A stretch of 64,000 bases of DNA from a virus. The stretch covers positions 15,265-79,264 of the IMG/VR virus record IMGVR_UViG_3300027741_000048. The stretch is one strand, 5' to 3'. This document shows, piece after piece, positions 30,267 to 40,384 of the stretch (position 1 is its first letter; each line of letters starts with the position of its first letter). The position numbers and the translations under genes are program-made. The notes under the pieces were generated by a model. That model was not told the DNA's origin. It searched no databases and was given only the letters and a program-made list of their open reading frames with translations.

Positions 30267-31013
30267 ATGAGTATTGAAACTAAAGATTACTATAGCGGTG
30301 GACCTGGTGGTGACAACTCTCCTCAGGTATATCCTATTACATTTACTGATAATCAATGCTTTAGATATACAGATAAAAGCGCTAATCAAAGTGAGAGAAT
30401 TATTTACTCCAACTATTGGCGTGAAATGATTAACCTGTACGGTCAACGGGTTAATTACTATGTAAGTACCGTGAGTATACTTTCTGCAGATATGCTCTAC
30501 GGTGAGCAACCAACAGCTCAATTTGCTCCTCCTCTTCCCCTTGTTATTGCTGTAAATTTAAACGAGAACGCACTTATGCTTAGTAAGTACGGGTTACTCT
30601 CTGAGGACGAAGTAACAGCGTTTATTCATATCACAGCGTTTTATGATAGATTCGGATGGAACGCAGAGCCAAAATCTGGTGATGTTTTTCAATTAACGGA
30701 ATATGGTAGCGATCGACCAGGCGGGCGGGATGGTAGGTATTATGAAGTAACGGAACGACTCGATCAAGATATAGCGCAAATTAATCCGCTTGCCGGTCAC
30801 TATGTTTGGCTACTTAAGTGTAAGCGCTTTGAATGGTCATTCGAACCTGGGTTATCAGCAGATGCTGTTAATAGTCAGGTCTTTGATGATACAAAAAATC
30901 AAACCGTGTCTGGCGCCTATAAACCGTATAGCTTTAGTGTTGATGACGCATCAAAACAAATATTTGATTACACACAAACTGACTATAGCGACGTATATGG
31001 TGGTTATAGTTAA
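30267..31013 (+). CDS. gp14: Neck/head completion protein (gp14-like)
   Basis: EMINLYGQRVNYY, LSKYGLLSEDEVT, EPKSGDVF, WLLKCKRFEWS. Confidence 0.75.
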   Translation: MSIETKDYYSGGPGGDNSPQVYPITFTDNQCFRYTDKSANQSERIIYSNYWREMINLYGQRVNYYVSTVSILSADMLYGEQPTAQFAPPLPLVIAVNLNENALMLSKYGLLSEDEVTAFIHITAFYDRFGWNAEPKSGDVFQLTEYGSDRPGGRDGRYYEVTERLDQDIAQINPLAGHYVWLLKCKRFEWSFEPGLSADAVNSQVFDDTKNQTVSGAYKPYSFSVDDASKQIFDYTQTDYSDVYGGYS

Positions 31014-31324
31014 CAGGTTACAGCGTCGTGTGTATTGCTGAAGTTAATTCGCTTAATTTTGAATTCTGGTATTTGTTCTATTTCTTCGAGATCTGATTTC
31101 ATTGAGAGAAACCGCTCTTCGATATATTTTTGAAACGCAAGTGGCTTAATCCAGTCAATATTATTAGCATCGGTGTTGCGTCGTTTAATCTGCTCAACTC
31201 GTTTACCGACAAGCTCAATACCTTCTAACAGACAAAGCCATCTGGCGTATTCATCATACGACATATTATGTTGTTGTGCTTCAGCCTCTAGTGCTAGTGT
31301 ATTTTTTGATAGTATCGATTGCAT
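31010..31324 (-). CDS. Hypothetical protein
   Basis: ORF in a tightly packed operon; start uncertain. Confidence 0.5.
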   Translation of the reverse strand: MQSILSKNTLALEAEAQQHNMSYDEYARWLCLLEGIELVGKRVEQIKRRNTDANNIDWIKPLAFQKYIEERFLSMKSDLEEIEQIPEFKIKRINFSNTHDAVTC

Positions 31325-31739
31325 ATCCGAGTATTATGTATGAAATTTTTAAAACGTCAATAATATTCTGCTCTTTATTTAAAGTATTAATAAAGTGGTG
31401 TAGTGATTCTGTACTTGTTATTACACTCCTTATGTGGGTAGAAAAGACCTTTACTAATTCTGTCTTTATATTATCGTCGATTTCTGAAGCTACAATCGCT
31501 TTTGTAATAATGTCGTTATAAAGACTTAAAAAATTTTTTAGGATGTTTTTATCAAGGTTTATATTTTGTTTAGGGTATACAGCACCATCTTCAAAGTCTT
31601 TATAATTCGCTGCTGGTGTATATTGTTTAATGCTATTGATAATTTTTGACAAACTTACAGTCTCTTCAGTAGCAGGTAGACAGATTTGACTAGGAGCCAC
31701 ATCTGTGGTGAGGTTACTTATACTTTCAGGAATTTCCAT
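31281..31739 (-). CDS. Hypothetical protein
   Basis: ORF overlapping its neighbours. Confidence 0.5.
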   Translation of the reverse strand: MEIPESISNLTTDVAPSQICLPATEETVSLSKIINSIKQYTPAANYKDFEDGAVYPKQNINLDKNILKNFLSLYNDIITKAIVASEIDDNIKTELVKVFSTHIRSVITSTESLHHFINTLNKEQNIIDVLKISYIILGYAIDTIKKYTSTRG

Positions 31740-32157
31740 CTTTAAACTGTTCGGTTATTTGCGTAGGTAGGTTAATCGTACTAGCAATTGTTTCTGTTAT
31801 TAACGCTGTTTCAGGAATTACATACACACTTACATTTTTTTGGCAATAATTACATTTATAACTATTAGCTGTATTAAGAGTAATAGGTACAAACTCGGTC
31901 TTTTTTAGTGAACAGGGACATGTCACCTCCATGCCCTGTAAGGAAAATTCGCGTATGCGTTCATTTTCGAGTTTTTTGTTTTTTAACGCGACAAAAGCAT
32001 CGAGACACGTAAGAAAGCAATAGTTTAAGCCAATTTGTATAATAATACCTAACAACAAACCATATATAATAGGTACGCCGAAATATAATAGTATTACGCC
32101 AATAAGACTAGCTATTAATAAAAGAGCGGTTAATTGATATATTAATTTCTTTACCAT
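31726..32157 (-). CDS. Membrane protein with two TM helices and CxC/CxxC zinc-ribbon
   Basis: Hydrophobic N-terminus; CPC...CNYC. Confidence 0.55.
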   Translation of the reverse strand: MVKKLIYQLTALLLIASLIGVILLYFGVPIIYGLLLGIIIQIGLNYCFLTCLDAFVALKNKKLENERIREFSLQGMEVTCPCSLKKTEFVPITLNTANSYKCNYCQKNVSVYVIPETALITETIASTINLPTQITEQFKDGNS

Positions 32158-32189
32158 TACTCTAAAATATAGCGGCGCTCAACGTAAAA

Positions 32190-32570
32190 TCAAGCTTCCT
32201 TGCCTACTATTTTAAATATTGACTCTAGCTCTTTTTGCGATGCCTCAAGATGTTTAATTATTGCTATTAATTCTTTTTGAGCTTTTGTATTTTTTGTAAG
32301 TGCGGGTGATTTAAGAGCTATCTTAAAATCTCTTATTGTGTTGGTCGTGTCAGTTGTTAGGTCTCCGAGTATAGATACGATGTTTGGGAGTGGATAGGGG
32401 AGTACGTTATCTGCTTTAGAATCATTTGGGTTCTGCTTAGTGAGACCGGGTGTATTACTGAGGATATCGTTAAATTTTAATCGCTGTGAATTAAATTCAC
32501 GTGCAGCTTGACCGGATACCCATTTATTATAGGCCATGGTTACATCTTCAAATAGTACTTTCTTTTTCAC
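32190..32570 (-). CDS. Hypothetical late protein
   Basis: GTG start 6 nt after TAAATA; divergent from 32604. Confidence 0.55.
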   Translation of the reverse strand: MKKKVLFEDVTMAYNKWVSGQAAREFNSQRLKFNDILSNTPGLTKQNPNDSKADNVLPYPLPNIVSILGDLTTDTTNTIRDFKIALKSPALTKNTKAQKELIAIIKHLEASQKELESIFKIVGKEA

Positions 32571-32603
32571 CTAAAATATTTAGTCTCGACAATAAATACA
32601 TAT

Positions 32604-33020
32604 ATGAGTTCTTTTAGCTCTAAATTCTCTTATATTTTAGAAGCTGATGATGATCAGCTTAAACCAACAACCGATAAAGAAGCCATGGCTCAGCAATTAG
32701 ATACTGCTGAGCCGAAGGATTTTGATGTCAAGCCAGCAACCACAGCGGCGGCCGCTGAACGTGCAGCAAGAGTTGATCACGCAAAAATAGAGCAAGCAAG
32801 TGAGTTAAATAGTTGGATTAACCACATTGATGAATTTATTGAATTTCTCAATGGCACAAGTGACGGCTCGGTGCAGTCTAAACTACACTCTGCATCATGT
32901 GATACGATGTTCGAAGATATTGCAAGAAGTGAAAAGAAGAAGATTGCGCGTCTTGCAGCTGAATTAAGTTCACTAAGTGAAGCGTTTAAGGGTTATCTAA
33001 TCTCGTCAAACGATCGCTGA
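32604..33020 (+). CDS. Hypothetical late protein
   Basis: TAAATA 5 nt upstream; N-terminus MSSFSSKFSYILEA. Confidence 0.6.
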   Translation: MSSFSSKFSYILEADDDQLKPTTDKEAMAQQLDTAEPKDFDVKPATTAAAAERAARVDHAKIEQASELNSWINHIDEFIEFLNGTSDGSVQSKLHSASCDTMFEDIARSEKKKIARLAAELSSLSEAFKGYLISSNDR

Positions 33021-34037
33021 TAGTAGTAGTTTTGCTTTCAGGCCTTGGTGCGAGTTATTTACTATAAAATTAGGTGATATTTCATCGATTTGTACATGTA
33101 CGCAGGCGTCGTTTATATCCTTAAACATTTTACCTAACTTCTCCGGCCAAATAAAAACAGTCTCACCTTGATCGATTAGTATTTTTGTTTTTTGTCTGCT
33201 AGCCTTATCAAGCCACTGACTATCTAATACCCAGATACGCTTATGTAGCTTAAAGCTATTGATCTGTGTCTGCTGTAAATTAGAAAACATATGCGTACTC
33301 TTTTCGTTAATACCAGCAACAGCTGTACCGTTTCTTACAAAGAATGCATCGATAGGGCCTTCAAATATAAAAATATACTCTAAATCAATAGATAATTTAT
33401 CAAGGTTATATAAAGCCTTTTCACCATTAACTTTGCTTAGATATTTTGGTAGTTTTATTCGTGAATCCTCTACTATGGTTCTAGATTGGTAAAAAATAAT
33501 ATCCTCTCGTTCATTGTAAAACGGTATTACTAGTCTGTTTTTATGTAGCCTATCTGTTAATGATAACCATAAAGCTTTTGGCCGGTTAACAGCAGTATCG
33601 AGTCTTCTTGCTTTTATTACTTCAAGAGTCTTCTTAACAATAGGCGTATCTTCAAAAGCTGAAACCTGATGTGTATCAAACAGATTAATGCAATCAAGTG
33701 GTAACTTGTGCGTATTTTCAGGTAAGCTTTCCTCAATAACATCTTTGTATATATCGACAGGTAAACGATCATATGTTTTTATTTCATTTAGTATTTCTCC
33801 ATACGACTGACGCGATACTTCAATTATCCACTTTATAGGATCGCTATACCATCCGCAATTATGACAACAAATGATGTTATTATCAACGACATAATAACAT
33901 CTTCTTTTTTTAAGCCACGATTTACCTTCCCTGCAAATAGGACAACCGGCTTCATACGTATTTGTAATCTTTTTATGCTTAGGATAACCAGCGTATTGGT
34001 AGAACTTTTGTATAATATATTCTTGAGGAAGAATCAC
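33006..34037 (-). CDS. gp61: DNA primase
   Basis: CPIC...CHNC zinc finger, RLVIPF, QSR, EGPIDAFF, KDINDA. Confidence 0.92.
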   Translation of the reverse strand: MILPQEYIIQKFYQYAGYPKHKKITNTYEAGCPICREGKSWLKKRRCYYVVDNNIICCHNCGWYSDPIKWIIEVSRQSYGEILNEIKTYDRLPVDIYKDVIEESLPENTHKLPLDCINLFDTHQVSAFEDTPIVKKTLEVIKARRLDTAVNRPKALWLSLTDRLHKNRLVIPFYNEREDIIFYQSRTIVEDSRIKLPKYLSKVNGEKALYNLDKLSIDLEYIFIFEGPIDAFFVRNGTAVAGINEKSTHMFSNLQQTQINSFKLHKRIWVLDSQWLDKASRQKTKILIDQGETVFIWPEKLGKMFKDINDACVHVQIDEISPNFIVNNSHQGLKAKLLLSAIV

Positions 34038-34043
34038 ATTATA

Positions 34044-34072
34044 ACTATAGCGGCTCTATAACTATATTACAA
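34044..34072 (-). promoter_or_regulatory. Sigma70-type promoter for primase
   Basis: TTGTAA-N17-TATAGT, 6 nt before the GTG. Confidence 0.55.
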
Positions 34073-34080
34073 GAGAAAAA

Positions 34081-34266
34081 TTATTTTTCTTTTTTGCTTA
34101 AATCTGTTACTGATACAATACCTTTGCGTATGAATGTACCTGATGCCGGGTCGATATATTCAGCTTCAACAATTTCTTGCTGGTTACGAATATATGTACG
34201 TAATTTCGGTCTCACCGGTTCACCGCTAATAGGTGATTGTATAATTCTTGGTTGTATGAAATCCAT
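34081..34266 (-). CDS. Small hypothetical protein
   Basis: 61-aa ORF with two (S/D)P.SG units, in operon. Confidence 0.55.
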   Translation of the reverse strand: MDFIQPRIIQSPISGEPVRPKLRTYIRNQQEIVEAEYIDPASGTFIRKGIVSVTDLSKKEK

Positions 34267-34274
34267 ATAGTTAC

Positions 34275-34577
34275 TTATGCGTTATTACTTAAAGCGGTAG
34301 CTTTATTTTTTTTATACTGCTTATAGCAGATCTTATAAACGCTGCGAGGTAGTTTTTCAACTATCTCTAATATGCTGTTCTGTATTCCAAATTTAAACTT
34401 ATCTTTCGGTATCACGCGTATATTCATCTCCGGTAAGGCAAGAAAGTTATATGCATTGTTTTGCTCTTCAGCATATATAAGTAATTCACCTAAAAAAGCA
34501 CCAGCGGTGACCGCGTATATGACTCTAGGTTTAGGTCGATCTTTTTTAAAAAATGTTTCTAGTTTACTCTTGATCAC
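34275..34577 (-). CDS. Hypothetical protein
   Basis: ORF in operon. Confidence 0.5.
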   Translation of the reverse strand: MIKSKLETFFKKDRPKPRVIYAVTAGAFLGELLIYAEEQNNAYNFLALPEMNIRVIPKDKFKFGIQNSILEIVEKLPRSVYKICYKQYKKNKATALSNNA

Positions 34578-34899
34578 CGCTATCTAAATGTGAATGAAAA
34601 AATTTGTTTATAAGAGTCACGAGAGAATCAGCTTCTTGCTGATTATGCGCGGATATACAATGTATAGGGTCGCCTTCAAAGGTGTAACCAAGTATAATAA
34701 ACGATGAAAGATATTCCTCGACAACACTTGATAGGTTTTTTAAATCTCTTTTTATACCCTTTATATCTTCTGCCTTTTCCTGAAAGGACGCTATCATAGC
34801 TTTACGAATAGCTTCTTTTGATTCTGCATCTAAATCATGATTTATGTTTTTACTATCATCAGATTTATTGCGGTTGTTTTGATCTTTACCCTTCATCAT
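34564..34899 (-). CDS. Hypothetical protein
   Basis: ORF in operon. Confidence 0.5.
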   Translation of the reverse strand: MMKGKDQNNRNKSDDSKNINHDLDAESKEAIRKAMIASFQEKAEDIKGIKRDLKNLSSVVEEYLSSFIILGYTFEGDPIHCISAHNQQEADSLVTLINKFFHSHLDSGDQE

Positions 34900-35248
34900 G
34901 ATTATTTAATCTTTTTGATAAATAACGCGACTTACCGTGATAATCAGTATTATTCGTAATACCGCGCGAAATTAAATAATCAATTATAACTTCTATACTA
35001 TCTGTTTTAATATTATAGTTTTTTGGTATACGTATACCACCGTCGTTGAACTCAAAGAGTACCTCATTTAATTCATTTTTATTAGTGTAGCATGTTATAA
35101 AAACAGAGCTCTCTGATGGATTAACTAGTACGACCCATCTTCTTGGATCGCTTTTAGCGAATACTGAAAAAAGACGTACTACGACGAACCCGTTATCACG
35201 TAGTCGTTTTATAAAATAACCGGGTGTCTTAAGTTTATTTTTGCTCAT
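34886..35248 (-). CDS. Hypothetical protein
   Basis: ORF in operon downstream of the clamp. Confidence 0.55.
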   Translation of the reverse strand: MSKNKLKTPGYFIKRLRDNGFVVVRLFSVFAKSDPRRWVVLVNPSESSVFITCYTNKNELNEVLFEFNDGGIRIPKNYNIKTDSIEVIIDYLISRGITNNTDYHGKSRYLSKRLNNHDEG

Positions 35249-35260
35249 AAAGAATAGTTA

Positions 35261-35995
35261 TCAATTTTGTAACGCAGATGCAATAAATTTTATGTTTGTT
35301 GTTTCCGTGTTAGCATCTATAATTAATAGACCGCGTTTTGCGGCAAGCTCAATACTTACAAGCTTAAATTTCATAAAAGATAGTATTCTGAAGAGCTCAA
35401 ATTTTAACGGTATACTTATACCTATTTGTTCACCGGTATAATCGGAAGATATTTTAATACCATAAGAATCGGTATTAGCACGAGACTTATCCGTGAGCTC
35501 ACCAGTCACATTATTACCATCAAAAGACAAATATATTTTATCGGTATCAGTTGCTATGGTACTGCCTTTAATGAGTGAATTAAGTGATGTAAAAGAGATA
35601 GTAAACTTACCATCAAACGTAATTTGTTTAAGCTTTTCTAAACTAATTTGCTTAGGGGTTTTAATGATATTATCTTCGTAAAGATGATACTTAAATCTTA
35701 CATCACTTGATGTATAGCTAATATTATTGTTTGATATGTCTAGGTTGCAATTATTACTCTCAATACATGAAAGAATACGGCAGAGTTTTTTAAGATCGGG
35801 TATGTTGAGGTTCTTTTGTACATCAGCTTGTATATTATTGTACTCTGCATACACAACTAATGAATTATCATTATTTGATATAATGGATGTAGCTTTATCG
35901 TTATCTATTTTTATCACAGCGCAATCCGCAATACGACTCAGCGGTGTGATAAAACTATTTAAAAAGTCTTCGCAATTAGGTATACAGAGTATCAT
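35261..35995 (-). CDS. gp45: Sliding clamp (gp45-like)
   Basis: 244 aa, alternating beta/alpha pattern, LNIPDLKKLCRILS, C-terminal FIASAL; replication cluster. Confidence 0.7.
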   Translation of the reverse strand: MILCIPNCEDFLNSFITPLSRIADCAVIKIDNDKATSIISNNDNSLVVYAEYNNIQADVQKNLNIPDLKKLCRILSCIESNNCNLDISNNNISYTSSDVRFKYHLYEDNIIKTPKQISLEKLKQITFDGKFTISFTSLNSLIKGSTIATDTDKIYLSFDGNNVTGELTDKSRANTDSYGIKISSDYTGEQIGISIPLKFELFRILSFMKFKLVSIELAAKRGLLIIDANTETTNIKFIASALQN

Positions 35996-36039
35996 ATTAT
36001 TAATAATAAGCTCTTTATTCGCTCTATCAAGCGTGACTT

Positions 36040-36468
36040 TCAGGTAGGTTGCTTAGATGCAGCAATATTATCTAATATTTTATCAATCTTTCTCTCAACT
36101 CTTTCAAGCCTATCAAAGAGTTTATCTATAGTTGCGGATGTAGTAAAATCTAGTTCTAGTTGATTTTCGTCTTTTTCCGGTAATTGCGTAGCAACAGACT
36201 GCGGTGTAATGATTACAGCTGGTTGTGGCTGAGCTTCTATAGGAGTTAACGTTGCTGGCTGTGTGGGGGTACTTACCGGGGCTGTAGGCGGTGCACTAAT
36301 AGAGTTAAGCACCGCATGTGGATCAATACTAAAACCCTGTAATGTATTATTTTTTGAAATAATATTTTTATCAAGTTCTTTAAGCTCACCTAAGTTCTGA
36401 CCCAAAAACTGAAGAGTCAAAAACTTTAATTGATCAGGGGTAAGCTCTTGATCGTTAAACGTATCCAT
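36040..36468 (-). CDS. Hypothetical protein with Pro-rich linker and C-terminal coiled coil
   Basis: ORF directly after gp32. Confidence 0.55.
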   Translation of the reverse strand: MDTFNDQELTPDQLKFLTLQFLGQNLGELKELDKNIISKNNTLQGFSIDPHAVLNSISAPPTAPVSTPTQPATLTPIEAQPQPAVIITPQSVATQLPEKDENQLELDFTTSATIDKLFDRLERVERKIDKILDNIAASKQPT

Positions 36469-36470
36469 TA

Positions 36471-37334
36471 TTATTCTAGACCCTTGAGAAGATCTGCGAT
36501 ATCATCGCTGTCTAAGCTCGTTGGTGCCTCCTCCTTGGGGGGAGACTGTATTTTTGGTGTAGTTGTTATAGCAGGTTTTGATACGGTTTCTGCTTCACTA
36601 TCATACGTGTCTTCTACATCAGTAGTGCAATGATAATGCGTGTTAAGAGTCTCTTTAAGCTCATCATAGCTCTTAACCGTAAGGTAGGACTCAAGATCAA
36701 AAACACTATTATAAATTTCTTGAATTTTGTTATCGTCTATACCAGGGATCGCCTTTGGAAGAGCAAATTTTGATGAAACATATGTTGGATAATCTCCCTG
36801 CTTTTCAACCTTAATTCTAAAATTACATCCATTTGGAGATAAGTCAAAAATACGTGGGCCGAAATCTGCAGCGTCGTCACCCTCAATAGCATCCATAATA
36901 ATCTTATTAAGCTGACGTCCAAAACGAAGTACCTTAATCTGACCGTTGTTCTCTGGACGTGCTGGGTCATCAACAACATACACATTAACAAGCCAGTTTT
37001 CCTTGCGATTGAGAGCACGAGCTTTATCCTTTTCTTCCTCTGTACCGTTACGACGGATACGGTAGCCCTCTTCGGCAATAGGGTCGCGCTGATTCCATGT
37101 TGTAGGGCTTACGACATTAATAAGCTTACCATCAGCAAAGCTGTTCCAGCCATAAGAGTAATAATGTAAAAATGTCTTGTTTGGATCTTTGATGTTAGGG
37201 AGAATACGAACTGTAAATGTATTACCGGCGTCGGTGCGTAAAAAATCTTTGTATTTTGTATTTGTGCTCTCAGTTTGCTTAGTGAGTGCGGACTTAATGC
37301 TGTCGAACATTGACGATGTGAATGTATTGCTCAT
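36471..37334 (-). CDS. gp32: Single-stranded DNA-binding protein
   Basis: VRILP, NVYVVDDP..PENNG, FDLSPNGCNFRIK, KSYDELK, acidic tail. Confidence 0.9.
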   Translation of the reverse strand: MSNTFTSSMFDSIKSALTKQTESTNTKYKDFLRTDAGNTFTVRILPNIKDPNKTFLHYYSYGWNSFADGKLINVVSPTTWNQRDPIAEEGYRIRRNGTEEEKDKARALNRKENWLVNVYVVDDPARPENNGQIKVLRFGRQLNKIIMDAIEGDDAADFGPRIFDLSPNGCNFRIKVEKQGDYPTYVSSKFALPKAIPGIDDNKIQEIYNSVFDLESYLTVKSYDELKETLNTHYHCTTDVEDTYDSEAETVSKPAITTTPKIQSPPKEEAPTSLDSDDIADLLKGLE

Positions 37335-37368
37335 ATATTTAATATAGTATATTGTAGTGTCTGATTAA

Positions 37369-38019
37369 TCAACTAGTTATTTTCTTTAAGCCTAAATCAA
37401 CAAGTTTTTTGGCTTTTTTTGAAGCAAAGTATCTTAAACGAAATGTCGGCAGATTGTTTATAAAATCTTCGCTAAGAATAAACTTAATCATTTCCATGTC
37501 ATATTGTCTTAATACTCGTTCAAAGTTCGAAAAGCCGAATAAGCTATAAGTGTTTATTTTATGTTCTTTCAAATGTATAATAAAAGAATGGGTGTTTTCG
37601 GGTTTATAATTAATATAATCGGGTACATTTATGTTTTGTTGACGGCAAAATGTATTAATAAATTTGAGAGATTCAATAATAGTTTGTAATTGTTCCGGTG
37701 TATCTGGATCGAGGTTGTCTTGCTTCTTTTTGAATGTCGTATAAGCTTTTACAGCTTTAAGTGTTGTAAAATAACTTAGATCAAAGTACTGTTCGTCAGG
37801 ATATATGTTAAAAGGCGCGTATATAAAGTCTTCAAGTTTTATATGTGAATGTTTTGTAAGGAAAGCTGATATCTTTTTTAAATAGATAAAATTTTTATCT
37901 TGTATATCGGAAAAATCTTTTCTTGCTCTAAACGGTTGATTTTTTTGTTTTCTTGAAAACCGTAAATGTGTGTTATAAATGTGTTTTTCAAATTCGGTAA
38001 GTTCGATTTCTGAAGGCAT
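37369..38019 (-). CDS. Possible helicase loader (gp59-like)
   Basis: About 216 aa, basic/helical, upstream of gp32 as in T4. Confidence 0.4.
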   Translation of the reverse strand: MPSEIELTEFEKHIYNTHLRFSRKQKNQPFRARKDFSDIQDKNFIYLKKISAFLTKHSHIKLEDFIYAPFNIYPDEQYFDLSYFTTLKAVKAYTTFKKKQDNLDPDTPEQLQTIIESLKFINTFCRQQNINVPDYINYKPENTHSFIIHLKEHKINTYSLFGFSNFERVLRQYDMEMIKFILSEDFINNLPTFRLRYFASKKAKKLVDLGLKKITS

Positions 38020-38021
38020 GT

Positions 38022-38312
38022 CTAATATATGATAGCGTTCTGCTTAGCAGAATTCAAATATTTCATTATATATTTGCTTTTATGTAAGCTAGGATCAAAC
38101 GATAAAAAGGCTTGTACAGCAGCAAAATCACTATTAATGTCGCAATATATTTTAAATAATTCTCTAACTTCTTTGTTTTGTAACATGAACAAAAATACAT
38201 TTGCGAGATTTAACTTCTTTGTATGCATCAATGTTACATACGAACAGAAGGCAAGAAACAGATGTTCCTGCTCATAGTTCATAAGAGGTGTATTTATTGT
38301 TATCGATTTCAT
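38022..38312 (-). CDS. Hypothetical protein
   Basis: ORF in operon. Confidence 0.5.
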   Translation of the reverse strand: MKSITINTPLMNYEQEHLFLAFCSYVTLMHTKKLNLANVFLFMLQNKEVRELFKIYCDINSDFAAVQAFLSFDPSLHKSKYIMKYLNSAKQNAIIY

Positions 38313-38355
38313 CGTCGATAACTAGTTATTACTAATTAGTAGTAAATCAATGTTT

Positions 38356-39669
38356 CTAAAGAGATAGCGCTGCTAGTGCATTAATACTCGATGAACTTGC
38401 TTCTGTGTCGTTAACATGCTCATCTTCGGTCAGCGTAAGAGTAGAATAATCTATTCTCAAAATGCATTGTCCGAAATTTTGTCCAAATCTATTCTTCATC
38501 ATTCCCATCTTAATTACTCCGAGCTCTCTATCTGTAGGTTCTTGCCAGATACTCATTATTACGTCAGCTGTCATTGCTAGTCCAGAGCTTTCAGAAATTG
38601 TCTCCATGCCTGGGTCCGATACACCGAATCCGCTTCTATTAACCTGTGTTGCAGTAATGATAGGACAGTTAAAAATATACGTTAACGCTCGGACTTGCTC
38701 GGTGATCTTTTTAACTTTCTCATAACTATTACCGTCACCCGGGTATGTGAGAAGATTTACATAATCGAGTACTATGGCGTCGAATTTTAACCCCTGGTTT
38801 CGTAGTTTCTTAATATAAGATTGTAAATAACCTACAGTAATAGTTGATGGAGGGAATTCTTTAATAAGAATTTTTGCTTCTGGGTTATTGCCTGCGTAAT
38901 CCTCAAGTGATTGCTTTAGTGTTGGTAGTTCTGTACGCAATTTACTGAGAGGAATTTTAGTAATATTCGCACTAATTCTTTGCGCGTAAACCACTTCCGG
39001 CATTTCAAGAGATACTAGTAGGACGGATTTGCCTTGCTTTGCAATATTGACAGCTACATTGCCGAGGAAAATACTTTTACCGATGTTTGTTTCGCCTGTA
39101 AAAACGTAAAGTGCTCTACCGTCTTGGAGAAAACCTCCACTAATTTTTTCATCCAGCCAATTCCACCCTGTAGGAATGTAGTTGATTTGCGAGCTTAAGT
39201 TATCAATAAGCTTATCAACATCATTGAGCAGGTCAAGTCCTGTTTCTGTGGTTAAGGATATATTACATGAACTTTCGAATTTCTCTAAAATTAGAGACGC
39301 GTCCATGCCAGGCTTCTCTACTACCTCGAGCATAGTATGGTAAACTGCCTTTTCTTTTAAGAAAGTTTCCGTATTCTGAAATAGTTCATCGTTATTAATA
39401 TTCTTATCAATATCTTTTATTTTGTCTACAACGCGTTTGTAAGAATCTTTTAGCTCATTCGTCGTAAGACAGGACTTAATCTCGGTAAGAGTCGGGCAAG
39501 CATTTCTACGCTGAAAATACTCTTTAATAATGTTAAAGATTACCTTGATATCACTATCTTTAAAATATATCGGTTTAATAAAATCAATAATAGACGCAAG
39601 GTAGGTTTCGTCCTTTAGCGCTCTATATACTATAACACTTTCAAAAAAATCGTGATCGATTTTCGACAT
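38356..39669 (-). CDS. gp41: Replicative DnaB-like helicase
   Basis: GETNIGKS, SLEM, IKEFP, LDYVNL, TATQVNRSG, SES.GL..TAD, KNRFG. Confidence 0.95.
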   Translation of the reverse strand: MSKIDHDFFESVIVYRALKDETYLASIIDFIKPIYFKDSDIKVIFNIIKEYFQRRNACPTLTEIKSCLTTNELKDSYKRVVDKIKDIDKNINNDELFQNTETFLKEKAVYHTMLEVVEKPGMDASLILEKFESSCNISLTTETGLDLLNDVDKLIDNLSSQINYIPTGWNWLDEKISGGFLQDGRALYVFTGETNIGKSIFLGNVAVNIAKQGKSVLLVSLEMPEVVYAQRISANITKIPLSKLRTELPTLKQSLEDYAGNNPEAKILIKEFPPSTITVGYLQSYIKKLRNQGLKFDAIVLDYVNLLTYPGDGNSYEKVKKITEQVRALTYIFNCPIITATQVNRSGFGVSDPGMETISESSGLAMTADVIMSIWQEPTDRELGVIKMGMMKNRFGQNFGQCILRIDYSTLTLTEDEHVNDTEASSSSINALAALSL

Positions 39670-39694
39670 CTTTTTATAATAAAAGCTTTACTTG

Positions 39695-40384
39695 CTAATT
39701 GCTAGCGTATTCACTTAGGAACTTTGTTTGGTTCTCATTAAACGTTTTGTCGTTGAGATCACTCAATCCCGGTGATCCGTGAAACGTAAGAATTGGTATA
39801 ACACCGAGCTTGAGCTTCTTCTTATTAGCATCAATACAACTGGATATGTCGTAGTGGTGGAATGTATAATTTTCATTAAATCTCCAGTTTACTTCACGTA
39901 CTTTTGCGGTATCAACAGACATGAATGCACCGTCTAAGATAGCTACACGCGCAGGCGTCGGACCAAAGCTAGTGATTGATGTTGTATTGTTGTTAGATAC
40001 AAAATGGCCAGCAAACCCTCTTAGGTTACCACCTTGAAACCCTCCGCACATAATATGCCAGAGAGCAGGTGCCTTAATAATAGGATTAATACCACCGGCT
40101 AATCCTAAAATATTATACGTATTATGACCTATCTCAAGCTTTTTTAAAAAACCAGCGTCATCAATCCACATATCATCATGTGTAAAGAGGATAATATCAG
40201 ATACGCTTTTATCTAACACCTTATTATATATCTTACTTAGACTGTCTGTATTCTGCGTTTTAAACGTCAATTTATCCAACACACTAACATGAAATTCGCG
40301 TTCGAGCTTAGCTAAGCTCTGATATAGGTAAGTCTGCTTGTAGTCGGTTTTTTGTGTACAGGAGAAAATTGAGATTGTTTTCAT
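39695..40384 (-). CDS. GT-A fold glycosyltransferase-like protein
   Basis: IILFTHDD, GLAG, VAILDGAFM, FNENY.FHHYD motifs. Confidence 0.7.
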   Translation of the reverse strand: MKTISIFSCTQKTDYKQTYLYQSLAKLEREFHVSVLDKLTFKTQNTDSLSKIYNKVLDKSVSDIILFTHDDMWIDDAGFLKKLEIGHNTYNILGLAGGINPIIKAPALWHIMCGGFQGGNLRGFAGHFVSNNNTTSITSFGPTPARVAILDGAFMSVDTAKVREVNWRFNENYTFHHYDISSCIDANKKKLKLGVIPILTFHGSPGLSDLNDKTFNENQTKFLSEYASN

